From: an uncultured bacterium
GTDB taxonomy: Bacteria; Chloroflexota; UBA5177; JANWHV01
Direction: 5' to 3'
Length of the DNA: 64,000 nucleotides
Assembly: GCA_963827235.1 (NCBI GenBank)
Contig: CAWHAE010000019.1
Span: 1-64,000 of the forward strand
Positions 29,709 through 39,826 of the stretch are shown here, piece after piece. The position numbers and the translations under genes are program-made. Position 1 is the stretch's first letter; the number at the start of each line of letters is the position of its first letter. Under the pieces are notes generated by a model. The model had not been told where the DNA came from. It was given only the letters and a program-made list of their open reading frames with translations, and made no database searches.

Positions 29709-29773
29709 TTGCCCGGCTGCCTCATTCAGCCCGCTCCACTCGGTGCGGCGGGCTGAATGAGGCAGCCGGGCAA
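29709..29773. terminator. long perfect stem-loop after the secreted hydrolase gene
   Basis: 26-bp perfect inverted repeat TTGCCCGGCTGCCTCATTCAGCCCGC / GCGGGCTGAATGAGGCAGCCGGGCAA with 13-nt loop; no U-tract, so terminator role uncertain. Confidence 0.55.
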
Positions 29774-30011
29774 CGTCGCCGTGGCGTCGACCAGTCGAGC
29801 CGTGCGAGAGTGGCGCGGTCGCCGACCTGCGGCGCAGTGCCGGCTACGGCGAGCTCAACAGATCGGATGTGGCTCGACGCGTAGCATCTCTTCCAAGATA
29901 TTCGTGATATACTGGGCCCAAGCTGGACGGCTTACGAGCGCCGTTTGGTTGCCTGTGTGTGGCGAGGGTTTGCTGGCGATTGTGGTTACGGGCCAGTTGA
30001 GGAGAAAGTCG

Positions 30012-30581
30012 TTGTTTCGGCCGGAGACCAGGCCAGTCAAGGTTCGAAGGCTGGTTGGACTCAATCTCATCAGGTTGCGGGCCTACTTGGTGCTGGTCGT
30101 CGGTTCGCTGCTTCCCGATGACGATCTCTCCTCAAAGGTTCTCCGGCCGGCGTTGCTGCGGGCGTGCGGTGCTACCATCGGGCGCCACGTGTATATCGGA
30201 GGCCGGCTCAGGGCGACGCATGTCCGGCTAACCGTCGGCGACAACGTGATCATTGCCCCCGAATGCTACTTCGATCTCGCGGCTCGGGTCACCATTGAAT
30301 CACGCGTCGGCATCGGATATGGGACCACCTTCGTCACCGGCGGTCACCTGATTGCCGGAGAGTGGCGTCGCGAGGGCCGATCCGCGCCCCGCCCCATTAC
30401 GATCAAGGCGGGTTCCTGGGTTGGCGCTAAATCCGTTCTGCTACCGGGTATCACCGTTGGGCCGGGTTCCGTGGTGGCCGCCGGGAGCGTAGTAACGCGC
30501 AGTGTGGCGCCTAACACGCTGGTTGGGGGCGCGCCGGCAAGGCTTATTCGCCAGTTGCCGACGGATCCGCCAGCTTCGTAG
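30012..30581 (+). CDS. hexapeptide-repeat (LbH) O-acetyltransferase
   Basis: GATIG, TVGDNVII, PITIKAGSWVGAKSVLLPGITVGPGSVVAAGSVVTRSV..NTLVGGAPAR; TTG 30012 follows AGGAG. Confidence 0.88.
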   Translation: MFRPETRPVKVRRLVGLNLIRLRAYLVLVVGSLLPDDDLSSKVLRPALLRACGATIGRHVYIGGRLRATHVRLTVGDNVIIAPECYFDLAARVTIESRVGIGYGTTFVTGGHLIAGEWRREGRSAPRPITIKAGSWVGAKSVLLPGITVGPGSVVAAGSVVTRSVAPNTLVGGAPARLIRQLPTDPPAS

Positions 30582-30637
30582 AGCCGGTCCCAGCTTCTCG
30601 ACTAGGGTCTTCATCACGCTTCTACCGACACCACTCG

Positions 30638-31540
30638 TCAGGCGTCGCCCTTGCGGCAAATAACTGACCATGCACGGGTTAGCAGAAGCGTTGAGGGATA
30701 TGCGGCGAGCTCCTTCTCGACATCTTGTGTCAAAAAGCGAGCACCCTCGGTCTTTCCCGGATCGTGATTCACATCTACGCCCTCAAACTGCACCACGTCC
30801 AGGTGAGCCGAAAAGGCAGCCTCGTACTCCTCCGGCTTGAGTCGATTCAAGTACACCCAGGGCGGGAAGCGGTTCGCCCGAAGATGATCCCATGGTGGTA
30901 CGTTGGCCGGCGGGCTATCGTCCGGATACGACCAATCAGTGTTGTGGCCTCCTGATAGAGAGTAGAAGTTGTGTATTATGCAGTAAAAGCACCCGCCTGG
31001 CGCAAGTAGCCTCTTCACCTCGGCGGCAAACTGATACACGTCGCGCACGTGTTCGACCACGGCGTTCGACGCGATCACGTCAAAGGACTCTGAAGCAAGT
31101 TCGTACCGAGCAGCATTCGGATCGGCGACAACAAATGAGATCCGTGGTGCGAAGCTGCGCAGCTTTGTGCCGGATTCAGCTTCCAACTGGGTATAGTACC
31201 GGCGATCAAAGAGGACCATCCGGACCGCAGACTTTGCTGCTCGCTTGAGTCCGTCGTGGCGGAGCATGTGCCACAGCATTGCTGGAAGCGGCCCGGGTGC
31301 CACATAGTCCGTATCGAGCGCGGTTACCGTAGCTCCTGCCGCGCATGCCTGCAAAGCAAACGCGTACCGCTGACCACAACCCAGATCGAGCACGCGCCTG
31401 CCCGCCAACCCGGACAGCCCGAAAGCGTTCAGATCACGAACCGCTTTGCAGTAGACATTCGAGTGATCGTGATGCGCCAACCTTGCGTCATGCCGCCGAT
31501 GGTAGGCAAGTAGCGAGCGCACTTCGCCGAGGGCAGTCAT
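30638..31540 (-). CDS. class I SAM-dependent methyltransferase
   Basis: VLDLGCG, FDVIASNAVVEHV, LLAPGG, PWDHL, LNRL. Confidence 0.9.
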   Translation of the reverse strand: MTALGEVRSLLAYHRRHDARLAHHDHSNVYCKAVRDLNAFGLSGLAGRRVLDLGCGQRYAFALQACAAGATVTALDTDYVAPGPLPAMLWHMLRHDGLKRAAKSAVRMVLFDRRYYTQLEAESGTKLRSFAPRISFVVADPNAARYELASESFDVIASNAVVEHVRDVYQFAAEVKRLLAPGGCFYCIIHNFYSLSGGHNTDWSYPDDSPPANVPPWDHLRANRFPPWVYLNRLKPEEYEAAFSAHLDVVQFEGVDVNHDPGKTEGARFLTQDVEKELAAYPSTLLLTRAWSVICRKGDA

Positions 31541-31684
31541 CTTCTCACCTCAGCCCCACGTCTGCCAAGTTCGCCGCCGCATTCAGCCGGTCACTCGGCA
31601 GACGGCGCTCAGCGACTCGCCCGAGCACTGCTCAGAACCGATACCCGTTGGGCCGATCTCCAGAATTCTGCGCAGATTGCATCC

Positions 31685-31714
31685 ATGCTATCGTCTCATT
31701 TTCCTCTCCGTCAA
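31685..31714 (-). promoter_or_regulatory. sigma70-type promoter for the methyltransferase
   Basis: Minus strand TTGACG-18 bp-TAGCAT. Confidence 0.5.
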
Positions 31715-32205
31715 GCTGGGTATCCTGTGGGAGCTAGGCGCGCGATCAGACCCGGGAGCAGCGGCACAGCCGAACCCGGTATCTTGCTTGGGAAACTGTA
31801 CGTCAGACACCGCTGTGGTTGCGACGAGGAGAACGTGCTGGCTGCCGTATTGCGTCGCGTCTCGCATTGGATCGTTTCTTCGAGGTGCCCGCACGGTATG
31901 TACTGGTTGCCGCGCTTCCACTGACTCCCAACGAAATGCTGGATCTTCGCGCGGTGCCGCCGCCAGGTGCGATTGAGCTTCGATGTGTACAGTCTCACTT
32001 TGCCCTGCACCCTCCGGGGGCGTGTCGCCAAGGGGAGGCCTGGTGTCTGCTCTCTCCCGAGGCGGCTATGAAGCCGAAACCGGAGAGATCGCTGTAGTAG
32101 TGCCGCCCGCCTCGCCCCGAGACTCGGTTCGTCATGTCGGCAGGTCCTAACGGCACCGTGGCTTAGCAGAGACAGGCTGCCGGATCAAATCCGGATCTGT
32201 ACGAC

Positions 32206-33744
32206 TCAGGCGGAGGCGATCTGGGTAGCTGCGTTGGCGGCAAGTAGGGCGATGCTGAAGGTGCTGCCCTCTCCTGGAGCGCTCTCCACCCAGATGCGCC
32301 CGCCCATCGCCTCGACCAGTGTGCGGGCGATGTACAGGCCTAGTCCGAGCCCTTCGCGCTTGCTCGTAGCGCTGGCACGGTAGTAGCGATCAAAGATGTG
32401 CGGCACATCGTCGGCGCTAATTCCGGCACCGCGATCCGCGACCGCCACTACCACGTCATTGCCAGCGCAGCGTGCCGCGATCACCACCGTTGTTGCAGGG
32501 TCGGAATACTTGAAGGCGTTGCTGATCAAGTTCGTCAGCACTCGCTCCAGGCGGTCCGGATCCGCCATCACCGCGGGCACAGTCGGCGCCACCTCGACGC
32601 GAATCCGGGCATGGGCCCGGTCGTCGACCATCCGCTGCACCAGGTCGGCAAGAAAGGAAGCGAGATCCACGGGCGTGTGCTCGACGCGAAGCTGACCGGA
32701 CTCCACGCGGGCCAGGTCCACCAGATCCCGGATCATGGCATCCATCCGTTGGGCTGCCAGCACGATAGCACGGGCGCTGCTGCGCAGTCGGTCCGGTTCC
32801 ACGCCGGCCTCGAGGTACCGTGGGATAAGCTCAGCTTGGCCGAGGACGGACGTGAGGGGGCTGCGCAGATCGTGGGAGAGCGTGCGCAGCAGGTCGGCTT
32901 GCTGGTCTTGCAGGGCACGCAGGGCCGTGATATCGCTGATGGAACCGACCACACCGATCACCTTGCCATCTGCCGCGCGAATCGGGGCTGCGCTGGTGGC
33001 GGTCCAGGCCGTGCTGCCGTCCGCCGCCCGCAACTGCGCTACTACGCCGTGTACCGTCTTGCCCTGCAGGGCGCAAAGCAGCGGCGCCTGATCGCGTGGA
33101 AACGGCGTGCCCTCCGACGTCTTGACCTCCCGAAGCACCAAGCGATCGTCTATCGACCGCTCGAAGTAGTCGGGTACGTCGACAAAGAGACGACGAGCGG
33201 CAGCGTTCATTCTGACGAGCCTGCCGGCGTGGTCGTACACGACCACGCCGTCGGGGATGGCCTCCAACGCCGTGTCTAGCTCCGCGGCGCGGGCCATGAG
33301 CTCTCGGCTGACGGCAAGTATCTGACGGCGCCGCGCCTGCACTGTGCCCCCCAGGAGGGCGATCGCCAGTGCAAAGAGTAGGGAGAGCACGAATCCGACT
33401 GTCTCTACAGCTACGTTGCTCCCGTCGGCTGGCACGGCAACATAGGCAAGTAGCGCGGAGCTCAACAGAGCGCCGGCCACGGCGGGTCCTGGTCCCCAGG
33501 TCAGCGCAACGCACAGGACGGCGAGCACCCCGCCTACGCCGTGGTACCTGAAGCGCGGCATGGCGGCTTCGATGCCGGAGGTAGCAGCAACGGCAACTAG
33601 CACCACCAGACAAGCGACTGCATAGCGGCACCACGGGTGTCGCAGGCGCGTTGGCGACCATGATGGCGACCAGCTAGACGAGGCCCACCACAGCCGAAGA
33701 CCGGCCAACACAGACGGGTTCTGGTTCGCAGTGGGCGTTGCCAT
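32206..33744 (-). CDS. membrane PAS sensor histidine kinase (DUF4118-like TM domain)
   Basis: 4 TM segments, PAS, SHDLRSPL H-box, NLISNAFKYS, DRGAGI, GLGLGL. Confidence 0.93.
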   Translation of the reverse strand: MATPTANQNPSVLAGLRLWWASSSWSPSWSPTRLRHPWCRYAVACLVVLVAVAATSGIEAAMPRFRYHGVGGVLAVLCVALTWGPGPAVAGALLSSALLAYVAVPADGSNVAVETVGFVLSLLFALAIALLGGTVQARRRQILAVSRELMARAAELDTALEAIPDGVVVYDHAGRLVRMNAAARRLFVDVPDYFERSIDDRLVLREVKTSEGTPFPRDQAPLLCALQGKTVHGVVAQLRAADGSTAWTATSAAPIRAADGKVIGVVGSISDITALRALQDQQADLLRTLSHDLRSPLTSVLGQAELIPRYLEAGVEPDRLRSSARAIVLAAQRMDAMIRDLVDLARVESGQLRVEHTPVDLASFLADLVQRMVDDRAHARIRVEVAPTVPAVMADPDRLERVLTNLISNAFKYSDPATTVVIAARCAGNDVVVAVADRGAGISADDVPHIFDRYYRASATSKREGLGLGLYIARTLVEAMGGRIWVESAPGEGSTFSIALLAANAATQIASA

Positions 33745-33895
33745 CGCCACGCCTCTCCAGACGCAGTTGCTATCACGCGGGCTCACTGGAAGCGTCCCGG
33801 CGCCCTGCCTCTAGTGCCAGGGATGAGTAGCACTTCCCGGGTCTCGCATGCCCCAGTTTACCTGCTTCTTCCGCGGATGGCGACGAAGCGTAAGG

Positions 33896-34226
33896 CTGGT
33901 AGCTTGGTGAGCCGGCACCTGCCGTCGTTTGCCATCATCGCGGCATCATTCCTTCGCATGGACGGTGTCGTACGCCGTACCGGCCATGTGGTGTCTCGGC
34001 TCGTTGCGCTGCCCGTCCCATGGCCGAACATGAAGGTACTGCTGGATAGGATGTGCGGGCTGTTCAGGAGAATGGACTTGAGCTCCCCGTTCTCGTGGGG
34101 AGCGCGGAACACAACCCGACGCGGCGGATTGCAGACAGCACCATGCCGCCACTCCTGCACAAGCCGTTCGGTCTGGACGAGCTTCTCGGTGCAGTCGAGC
34201 ACCATATTGCGGTCGGCAATGGCTGA
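33896..34226 (+). pseudogene. decayed stand-alone response-regulator receiver domain
   Basis: One frame reads ENGLELPVLVGSA...LLHKPFGLDELLGAVEHHI* (beta4-Ser, KPF); upstream part broken by a TAG and frameshifts (FLRMDG, PNM remnants). Confidence 0.6.
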
Positions 34227-34608
34227 GACCGTGCTGGCGGTTCGTTAGCCAGGCCAGCCGCAGTCGTGTCCGGGGCGGTACACCGATGTCGGCATGTCGT
34301 TCAGCGAGGGCGGCAAAGCACGTCGCGGGCCTCGATCGGCATCGGCACTCAGTCACCCGCCGTATCCGGGTGCTCGCCTACCAGGGAGGCGACCAGTTCG
34401 ACATGTGGTACCCGATGGGCGAAACTCACCCGATTGGGGACTCAAGGACTCGGCGCTACGTGCCGATTAAACAACTGAGCGGCCGGATCTCGATGAGCGG
34501 ACCGAGTTTCGCTTGGCGGCTCGTAAGCCATGAGAGGGCCGATCCTCGCCGGCACCGCCGCAGCCGCCGGGTATACCAGCGGGCTCCGGCAGCAGAAAGA
34601 CCAGCTCG

Positions 34609-36693
34609 ATGCACTATCTACGTTACGTTGGCCGTTCGCCGCGGCTGCTGCTGCAGCTTCTGCTGACCTTGTTGCTAGCCACCCTGATCGGTGGTGCCGG
34701 ACTTATCGGCTTGCGCTCCGCCCGCGACAACGTCACCTATACCGCGGATGTGCGCATGCCTGCCCTCGTGCGCCTGCTGGATGCGCAGCGCGATATTGCG
34801 CAGACCAACTACTACGGGTCACTGATGGTCAACGCCATCGTCGAAGGCCGGTCCACCAAAGAGGCCATACCGAGGCTGCAGGCAATGTCCGCGGCGGCTG
34901 TAACGAGCTTCACGCAGTATCAAACCGCGAGCCACCTCTCCGGACGGGAGAAACGCCTCGAGGACCAGACCGCAGCGCGCCTCAAGGCGTGGATGGCCTT
35001 TATCAACATGTCCAAGCAGCTCGCCACCTCGAAGGTGCCTGTTCCAACCGTCGAGACCGGTCTGGACCTCGCGGACACGACGGTCGTTGTACCGCTGATG
35101 GAAGCCCTCACCGCGCTCGTGCACCAGAACGAGGCCGATGCCGGGGCACGCGGGCATGACGCGGTAGTGGTGACCAACAGCGCCTCGGCGATACTGATCG
35201 CGGTCATCTTGCTGGCCACGGCGGTCGTCGGCAGTTTCCAGATCGGCCTCGGCGTGCGCGAACACCGGCGGCGCGTCCTCACGCGCCACAGCACGGACCT
35301 GGTCACGCTCATTGATGCGAATGGGAAGGTTGCCTATTCCAGCCCGACCTGGAAGCGCCTTCTCGGCTACGCGGAAAGCAGCGAGCCTGGTCACGCCCTC
35401 GTAGACCTGATCCATCCCGCAGATCTGCCGGAGGCCCAATCGACCTTCCACCGATTGCTCCAGGGCGATACGCAGGTGGACGAAGTGGAGAGCCGTGTAC
35501 GTAGCGCCGACGGCACCTATCGGTGGTTTGCCTCAACGGCCATCAATGAACTGCAAGATCCGCTGGTTCGCGGCATCGTCCTCACGAGCCGGGATGTGAC
35601 CCAGCGAAAGGAGGCCGAGGCAGCGCTCCGAGCGAGCGAAACGCGGTTGCACACCGCGATTGCCCATGCGCCGATTGCTCTGTTCGCCACGGACAGCGTC
35701 GGGACTATCACGTTTTACGAGGGAAGGCCGCTGGTGCCGGATGCAGCGGCCTCCGCATATCCGGTCGGCGAAAGGATCGAGGCATGGATCGGCCGCCTGG
35801 TGGATGCATGCGAGTTCAAGACGCAAGCATCTTCCGGCACACCGTTTTCCATGCTGGTCGAGACCGGTGATGAAGTGTACGAGGTATGGTGGCGACCCGA
35901 GCACGATGACGGGGGCGAGCTGGCCGGCGGAACCGGCGTCGCAGCCCTGGTCACGGACACCGTGCGGGCACGGCGTGAAGCCGAACGGGCGCAAGCGGCA
36001 GCGGTCGAGTTAGCGCAGTTGCGCAACAGCTTCGTAGCATCGGTCAGTCATGAGCTACGAACACCGCTCACGTCCATCGTCGGGTATAGCGAGCTTCTGA
36101 GAGCACATTGGAACCACTTCGATGATGCACAGCGGCTGGAACGGCTGGATCGCATTGTCGTTTCGGCCAACCGGCAACAGCGTCTGGTGGAGGACCTGCT
36201 GGCCGTGTCCCGTCTCGATGACGAGCATGTGCTTCCCCCGGCGCAGCCTCTTTGCCTTGCCGACATGGTGGAATCGGTGGTACAGGAGATCCAGGGGACC
36301 TACCCCGGGCAGCACATCGAACGGTGTGGGTCGACGGACCTGCAGGTACAGGCAGACCGTGATCGGACGGTCCGGATACTGACCAATGTCGTGGATAACG
36401 CCGCCAAGTATTCGCCTGAAGGCAGCCCAATTCGAGTGGAGTGGGCACGTCATGGAGAGGACGTGGTCATCCAGGTGTGCGATTCCGGCCCGGGCATAGC
36501 TGCCGATCACCGAGAGGAGCTCTTCACGCGGTTTGGCCGGATACCCGGGAGCCGCATCCGCTCGGGACATGTCGGTACCGGGCTCGGCCTCTACCTGGGC
36601 CGCCAGTTGGCCCGCGCGATGGGCGGCGAGCTCGACCTGGAGACGACAGGCCCGCGGGGCAGTGTGTTCCGCCTGCAGTTGCCTGCTGAGTGA
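34609..36693 (+). CDS. sensor histidine kinase with extracellular helical sensor and PAS domains
   Basis: 2 TM flanking a four-helix-bundle-like region; PAS (IHPAD..DGTYRW..RDVTQRK); SHELRTPL; NAAKYS; GTGLGL. Confidence 0.93.
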   Translation: MHYLRYVGRSPRLLLQLLLTLLLATLIGGAGLIGLRSARDNVTYTADVRMPALVRLLDAQRDIAQTNYYGSLMVNAIVEGRSTKEAIPRLQAMSAAAVTSFTQYQTASHLSGREKRLEDQTAARLKAWMAFINMSKQLATSKVPVPTVETGLDLADTTVVVPLMEALTALVHQNEADAGARGHDAVVVTNSASAILIAVILLATAVVGSFQIGLGVREHRRRVLTRHSTDLVTLIDANGKVAYSSPTWKRLLGYAESSEPGHALVDLIHPADLPEAQSTFHRLLQGDTQVDEVESRVRSADGTYRWFASTAINELQDPLVRGIVLTSRDVTQRKEAEAALRASETRLHTAIAHAPIALFATDSVGTITFYEGRPLVPDAAASAYPVGERIEAWIGRLVDACEFKTQASSGTPFSMLVETGDEVYEVWWRPEHDDGGELAGGTGVAALVTDTVRARREAERAQAAAVELAQLRNSFVASVSHELRTPLTSIVGYSELLRAHWNHFDDAQRLERLDRIVVSANRQQRLVEDLLAVSRLDDEHVLPPAQPLCLADMVESVVQEIQGTYPGQHIERCGSTDLQVQADRDRTVRILTNVVDNAAKYSPEGSPIRVEWARHGEDVVIQVCDSGPGIAADHREELFTRFGRIPGSRIRSGHVGTGLGLYLGRQLARAMGGELDLETTGPRGSVFRLQLPAE

Positions 36694-37219
36694 GCGTGCA
36701 GCCCGGCATTCTCTGGCATGAGTGGAGCTACGGCCGAGGCGTACAAGCAATCAGTGTGCTTAAGGTCCGGAACCGGTCGCGGTGCAAGATTCATCATTCC
36801 GGCACCTGCGTCCAACGGATCGTAGGTTCTGTGCTCGTCGGCCGATCCTAGTGGCCAGATGCGCGGGCGCGGTACGCTATAGCTCTTCAGGTAAACAACC
36901 CCACACCTGTGGGGAATTCTACTCTGGTGCTGCCAGTCCGAAACTCGGAATCATTATCTGACGACCTATAGCCGCTACCTAAAGTGGAGCCACGCTGACA
37001 CCCGCAGGCAGCGTGCGGTCGTCGGCACAAATGCATGTAGATCCCGTCGTGGATTCACTATAGGTCGTCGCGCGGTGGGCGATGACGGCAGTTCTGCGCG
37101 AGAGGCTCTCGGATTGACCGCTCGCGCCGCTCGCGCAAAGCATCTCGCAGCACGACAGTACGGCGATCTGCGCATTCGTGCACTGCCCACATAGGTATCG
37201 ATAGTACGCTCGGTGTATA

Positions 37220-37248
37220 TTGGCGTAATGCTAGGCCTGTGCTATGGT
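37220..37248 (+). promoter_or_regulatory. promoter for the GAF-PAS kinase
   Basis: TTGGCG-17 bp-TATGGT with extended -10 TG. Confidence 0.5.
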
Positions 37249-37340
37249 TGGTGGTAGCGTCAGCCCGAGATGCTCGTGGCCGATCTCATTCCTGCAGGCC
37301 ATCCTCCACCCAGAGCGATACTGTAGGAGACCACCGGCCG

Positions 37341-39461
37341 ATGGTAGCCTTGGCACCGAGAGTACTCCTGGCATCTCTTCCGCGTCTGCATGCTTGGGTT
37401 GCCGCCAACACCTGGACGCCCAACTGGCGGCTGGCCGCGTTGCGCCGCCCCCTCGCCAGTTATGCGTCAGCGGTGGTAGTGGTCGCGCTTGCCGCCGCGG
37501 TCACCTACGGCGTTGAGCGCAGCGTGGACAACTACAGTTTCCACGGCATGATCGGCTTCCTTGCCGTCCTCTGCGTGGCGATCGTGTTGGGGACTGCGCC
37601 TGCGCTGGTCGGTGCGGCGCTGAACGCTTCCCTCTTGAACTTTGTCGTCGTGCCGCCACGACTGGTGTCAACGTCCCCGAGCCCAGGGCACATGGCATCG
37701 CACCTGGTGTCCTTTGCGCTGTCGTTCCTGTTTGGCGTTGTTCTTGGCTTCGTGGCAGGGCAAGAGGAGGCGCGACGCCGCCGAATGGCCAGGCAGCATG
37801 CTGCACTGCAATCGGCGACGACCGAGCGAGAACGCGTGTTGGGTCGCTTGCAAGCCGTGCAGGCCGTTACCGATGCGGCGCTGGCGCACCTGCCGACGCA
37901 GGACTTGCTGCGCCAGCTGCTGGCCCGCCTGGCGCAGGCACTGGCGGCAGACAACGCCGCCTTGCTGCTGCTCACCGAGGACGGCCGCTCCCTGGTCGTC
38001 TACCTGGCCCATGGTGCCGAGGAGGAGCAGGTCGGCGACATCGTCGTCCCCGTGGGACAGGGCTTTGCCGGTCGCATCGCCGCCTCACGGCAGCCGCTTG
38101 TCGCGGACGACGTGCGCAGTGCCGACGTCTCCAATGTGCAGCTCGTCGCCGCGGCCAGCTCCATAGCCGGCGTGCCTGTCATGGTCGAGGATCGGCTCGT
38201 GGGCGTATTGCACGCGGACTCCGCCCGCCCGCGGCGCTTCACCGACGAGGACCTCGAAGTGCTGCGGCTCGTCGCGGAGCGTGTCGGCCTGGTCGTCGAG
38301 AACGGGCGTCTGTTTGCCGAGGCGCAGCAGCGCAGCGCCGACCTGGCCACGGAGCGCGACCGGCTCCAGCGTATCCTGGACGTCCTCCCGGAGGCGGTCG
38401 TCATCTATGATGCCGAGGCGCGCGTCACGGCGGTGAATCCGATTGGCGAAGCGCTCTTTGGCGCGGACATCGTGGGCAAGAAGCAGGTCGGACTCGATTT
38501 GGCGGCGCGGCTGCCGGACGGTACCCCACTAGCACCGGAGCAATTCCCCGCCGTACAGGCGCTGATGACGGGAGAGAGCGTGCGCGGCGTGCGATTGGTG
38601 GTGCGGACCGCCCGCTCCGGCGACGACGTCACTCTGGTGGTGAGCAGCGCGCCGCTGCTCGATGAGAACGGTGCGATCGTGGGCACGGTGGCGGTCGCGC
38701 AGGACATCTCCGCGATTCGGGACCTCGAGCAGCAGCGGGATCGCATGCTGGCCACGGTCACGCACGACCTCAGGAATCCACTGACCAGCATCTCGGGCAT
38801 GAGCCAGATCCTGCAGTTACGCGTGGGCCAGGTGGATGAGCCGCTGCGGGAGCGCTTTGTGCATGGCCTGCAGATCATCGAAACCGCGGCGCAGCGCATG
38901 ACGGAGCAAATCAGTGAGCTGCTGGACTACGCGCGGGTGCAGACCGGCCGCCAGGTGGCGCTGGATTCCCGTCCCACGGACGTCATCGCGCTGCTGCGAA
39001 AGACGCTCGAGGAGCATCAACGCTCGACCGAGCGCCACACCCTGGAATTGCAGAGCGAGGAGGAGAGGCTGGTTACCTTGCTCGACCCCCAGCAGCTCGA
39101 GCGTGCCATGGCCAACCTGCTGGTGAACGCTATCAAGTACAGCCCGCGGGGAGGGCCAATCGTCGTCGCGGTCGCCCGATCGCTTGGGCCCGACGGCCAG
39201 TGGCTGCGGATCGCGGTCGCCGATAGCGGGCTCGGCATTCCCAGTGCGGATCTGCCGCATATCTGCGAGCAGTATTACCGAGCCAGCAACGTGACGACTA
39301 CTATTCCCGGCACCGGCATTGGACTGGCGAACGTTCGCCACATGGCGGAGCGGCACGGTGGCACAATGAGCATCGACAGCACCGAAGGTGTGGGCACGAC
39401 CGTCACCCTGCAGCTTCCTTTGCGGCGTGCTGAGGACGCGCAGGTCAGGTTGGAACGGTAA
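37341..39461 (+). CDS. membrane GAF-PAS sensor histidine kinase (DUF4118-like TM domain)
   Basis: TM domain, GAF (GQGFAGRIA..PV..LVGVL..FTDED), PAS, THDLRNPL, NAIKYS, GTGIGL; ATG 37341 after AGGAG. Confidence 0.93.
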   Translation: MVALAPRVLLASLPRLHAWVAANTWTPNWRLAALRRPLASYASAVVVVALAAAVTYGVERSVDNYSFHGMIGFLAVLCVAIVLGTAPALVGAALNASLLNFVVVPPRLVSTSPSPGHMASHLVSFALSFLFGVVLGFVAGQEEARRRRMARQHAALQSATTERERVLGRLQAVQAVTDAALAHLPTQDLLRQLLARLAQALAADNAALLLLTEDGRSLVVYLAHGAEEEQVGDIVVPVGQGFAGRIAASRQPLVADDVRSADVSNVQLVAAASSIAGVPVMVEDRLVGVLHADSARPRRFTDEDLEVLRLVAERVGLVVENGRLFAEAQQRSADLATERDRLQRILDVLPEAVVIYDAEARVTAVNPIGEALFGADIVGKKQVGLDLAARLPDGTPLAPEQFPAVQALMTGESVRGVRLVVRTARSGDDVTLVVSSAPLLDENGAIVGTVAVAQDISAIRDLEQQRDRMLATVTHDLRNPLTSISGMSQILQLRVGQVDEPLRERFVHGLQIIETAAQRMTEQISELLDYARVQTGRQVALDSRPTDVIALLRKTLEEHQRSTERHTLELQSEEERLVTLLDPQQLERAMANLLVNAIKYSPRGGPIVVAVARSLGPDGQWLRIAVADSGLGIPSADLPHICEQYYRASNVTTTIPGTGIGLANVRHMAERHGGTMSIDSTEGVGTTVTLQLPLRRAEDAQVRLER

Positions 39462-39619
39462 GTGCCTGGGCCACTGTTCACACCATGATGCTAGGTCTGT
39501 CCGGATGCGAGTCCTCAGCTGGATGCGAACATACCGCCCCGTAGCGTGCCGTCGATGCCGGGTGGTCACCGCGCGGCAAGCAGTGCCGTCGCCTCAAGCT
39601 ACGTCTGGGTTTGTGTGTC

Positions 39620-39826
39620 CTACTTTGGGAGGACGACCTGCCAGCGGGTCTGGAGATCCGTGCAGTAGCAGCGCTTGCAGAGGCTGCCGCCGTCCTGATC
39701 CCAGGTGTGAAGGAGGAGCGTGGACGACGCGTCGTCGCTGCGGGGTTGGCCGGCGATCATCGGGCAGGGCTCGATGCAGGTGCCGCAGCATTCGCAGCGA
39801 TGGCCGGCATACGCTTGGGCCACCAC
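39620..39826 (-). pseudogene. possible 4Fe-4S ferredoxin-domain remnant
   Basis: CECCGTCIEPCP fits CxxCxxCxxxCP; degenerate second Cys cluster LCKRCYC. Confidence 0.35.

Noticed and set aside
29757-30011. N-terminal extension of the acetyltransferase
   Set aside because: The ATG lies within the 26-bp hairpin; TTG 30012 has a good SD
32055-32185. c-di-GMP-II riboswitch or twister ribozyme
   Set aside because: Only fragments of the consensus (TGAAG, GTAGTGC, GGTCCTAA); core elements are missing
36830-36985. CRISPR array around the repeat-like 28-mer
   Set aside because: Only one copy, no periodic neighbours and no cas genes
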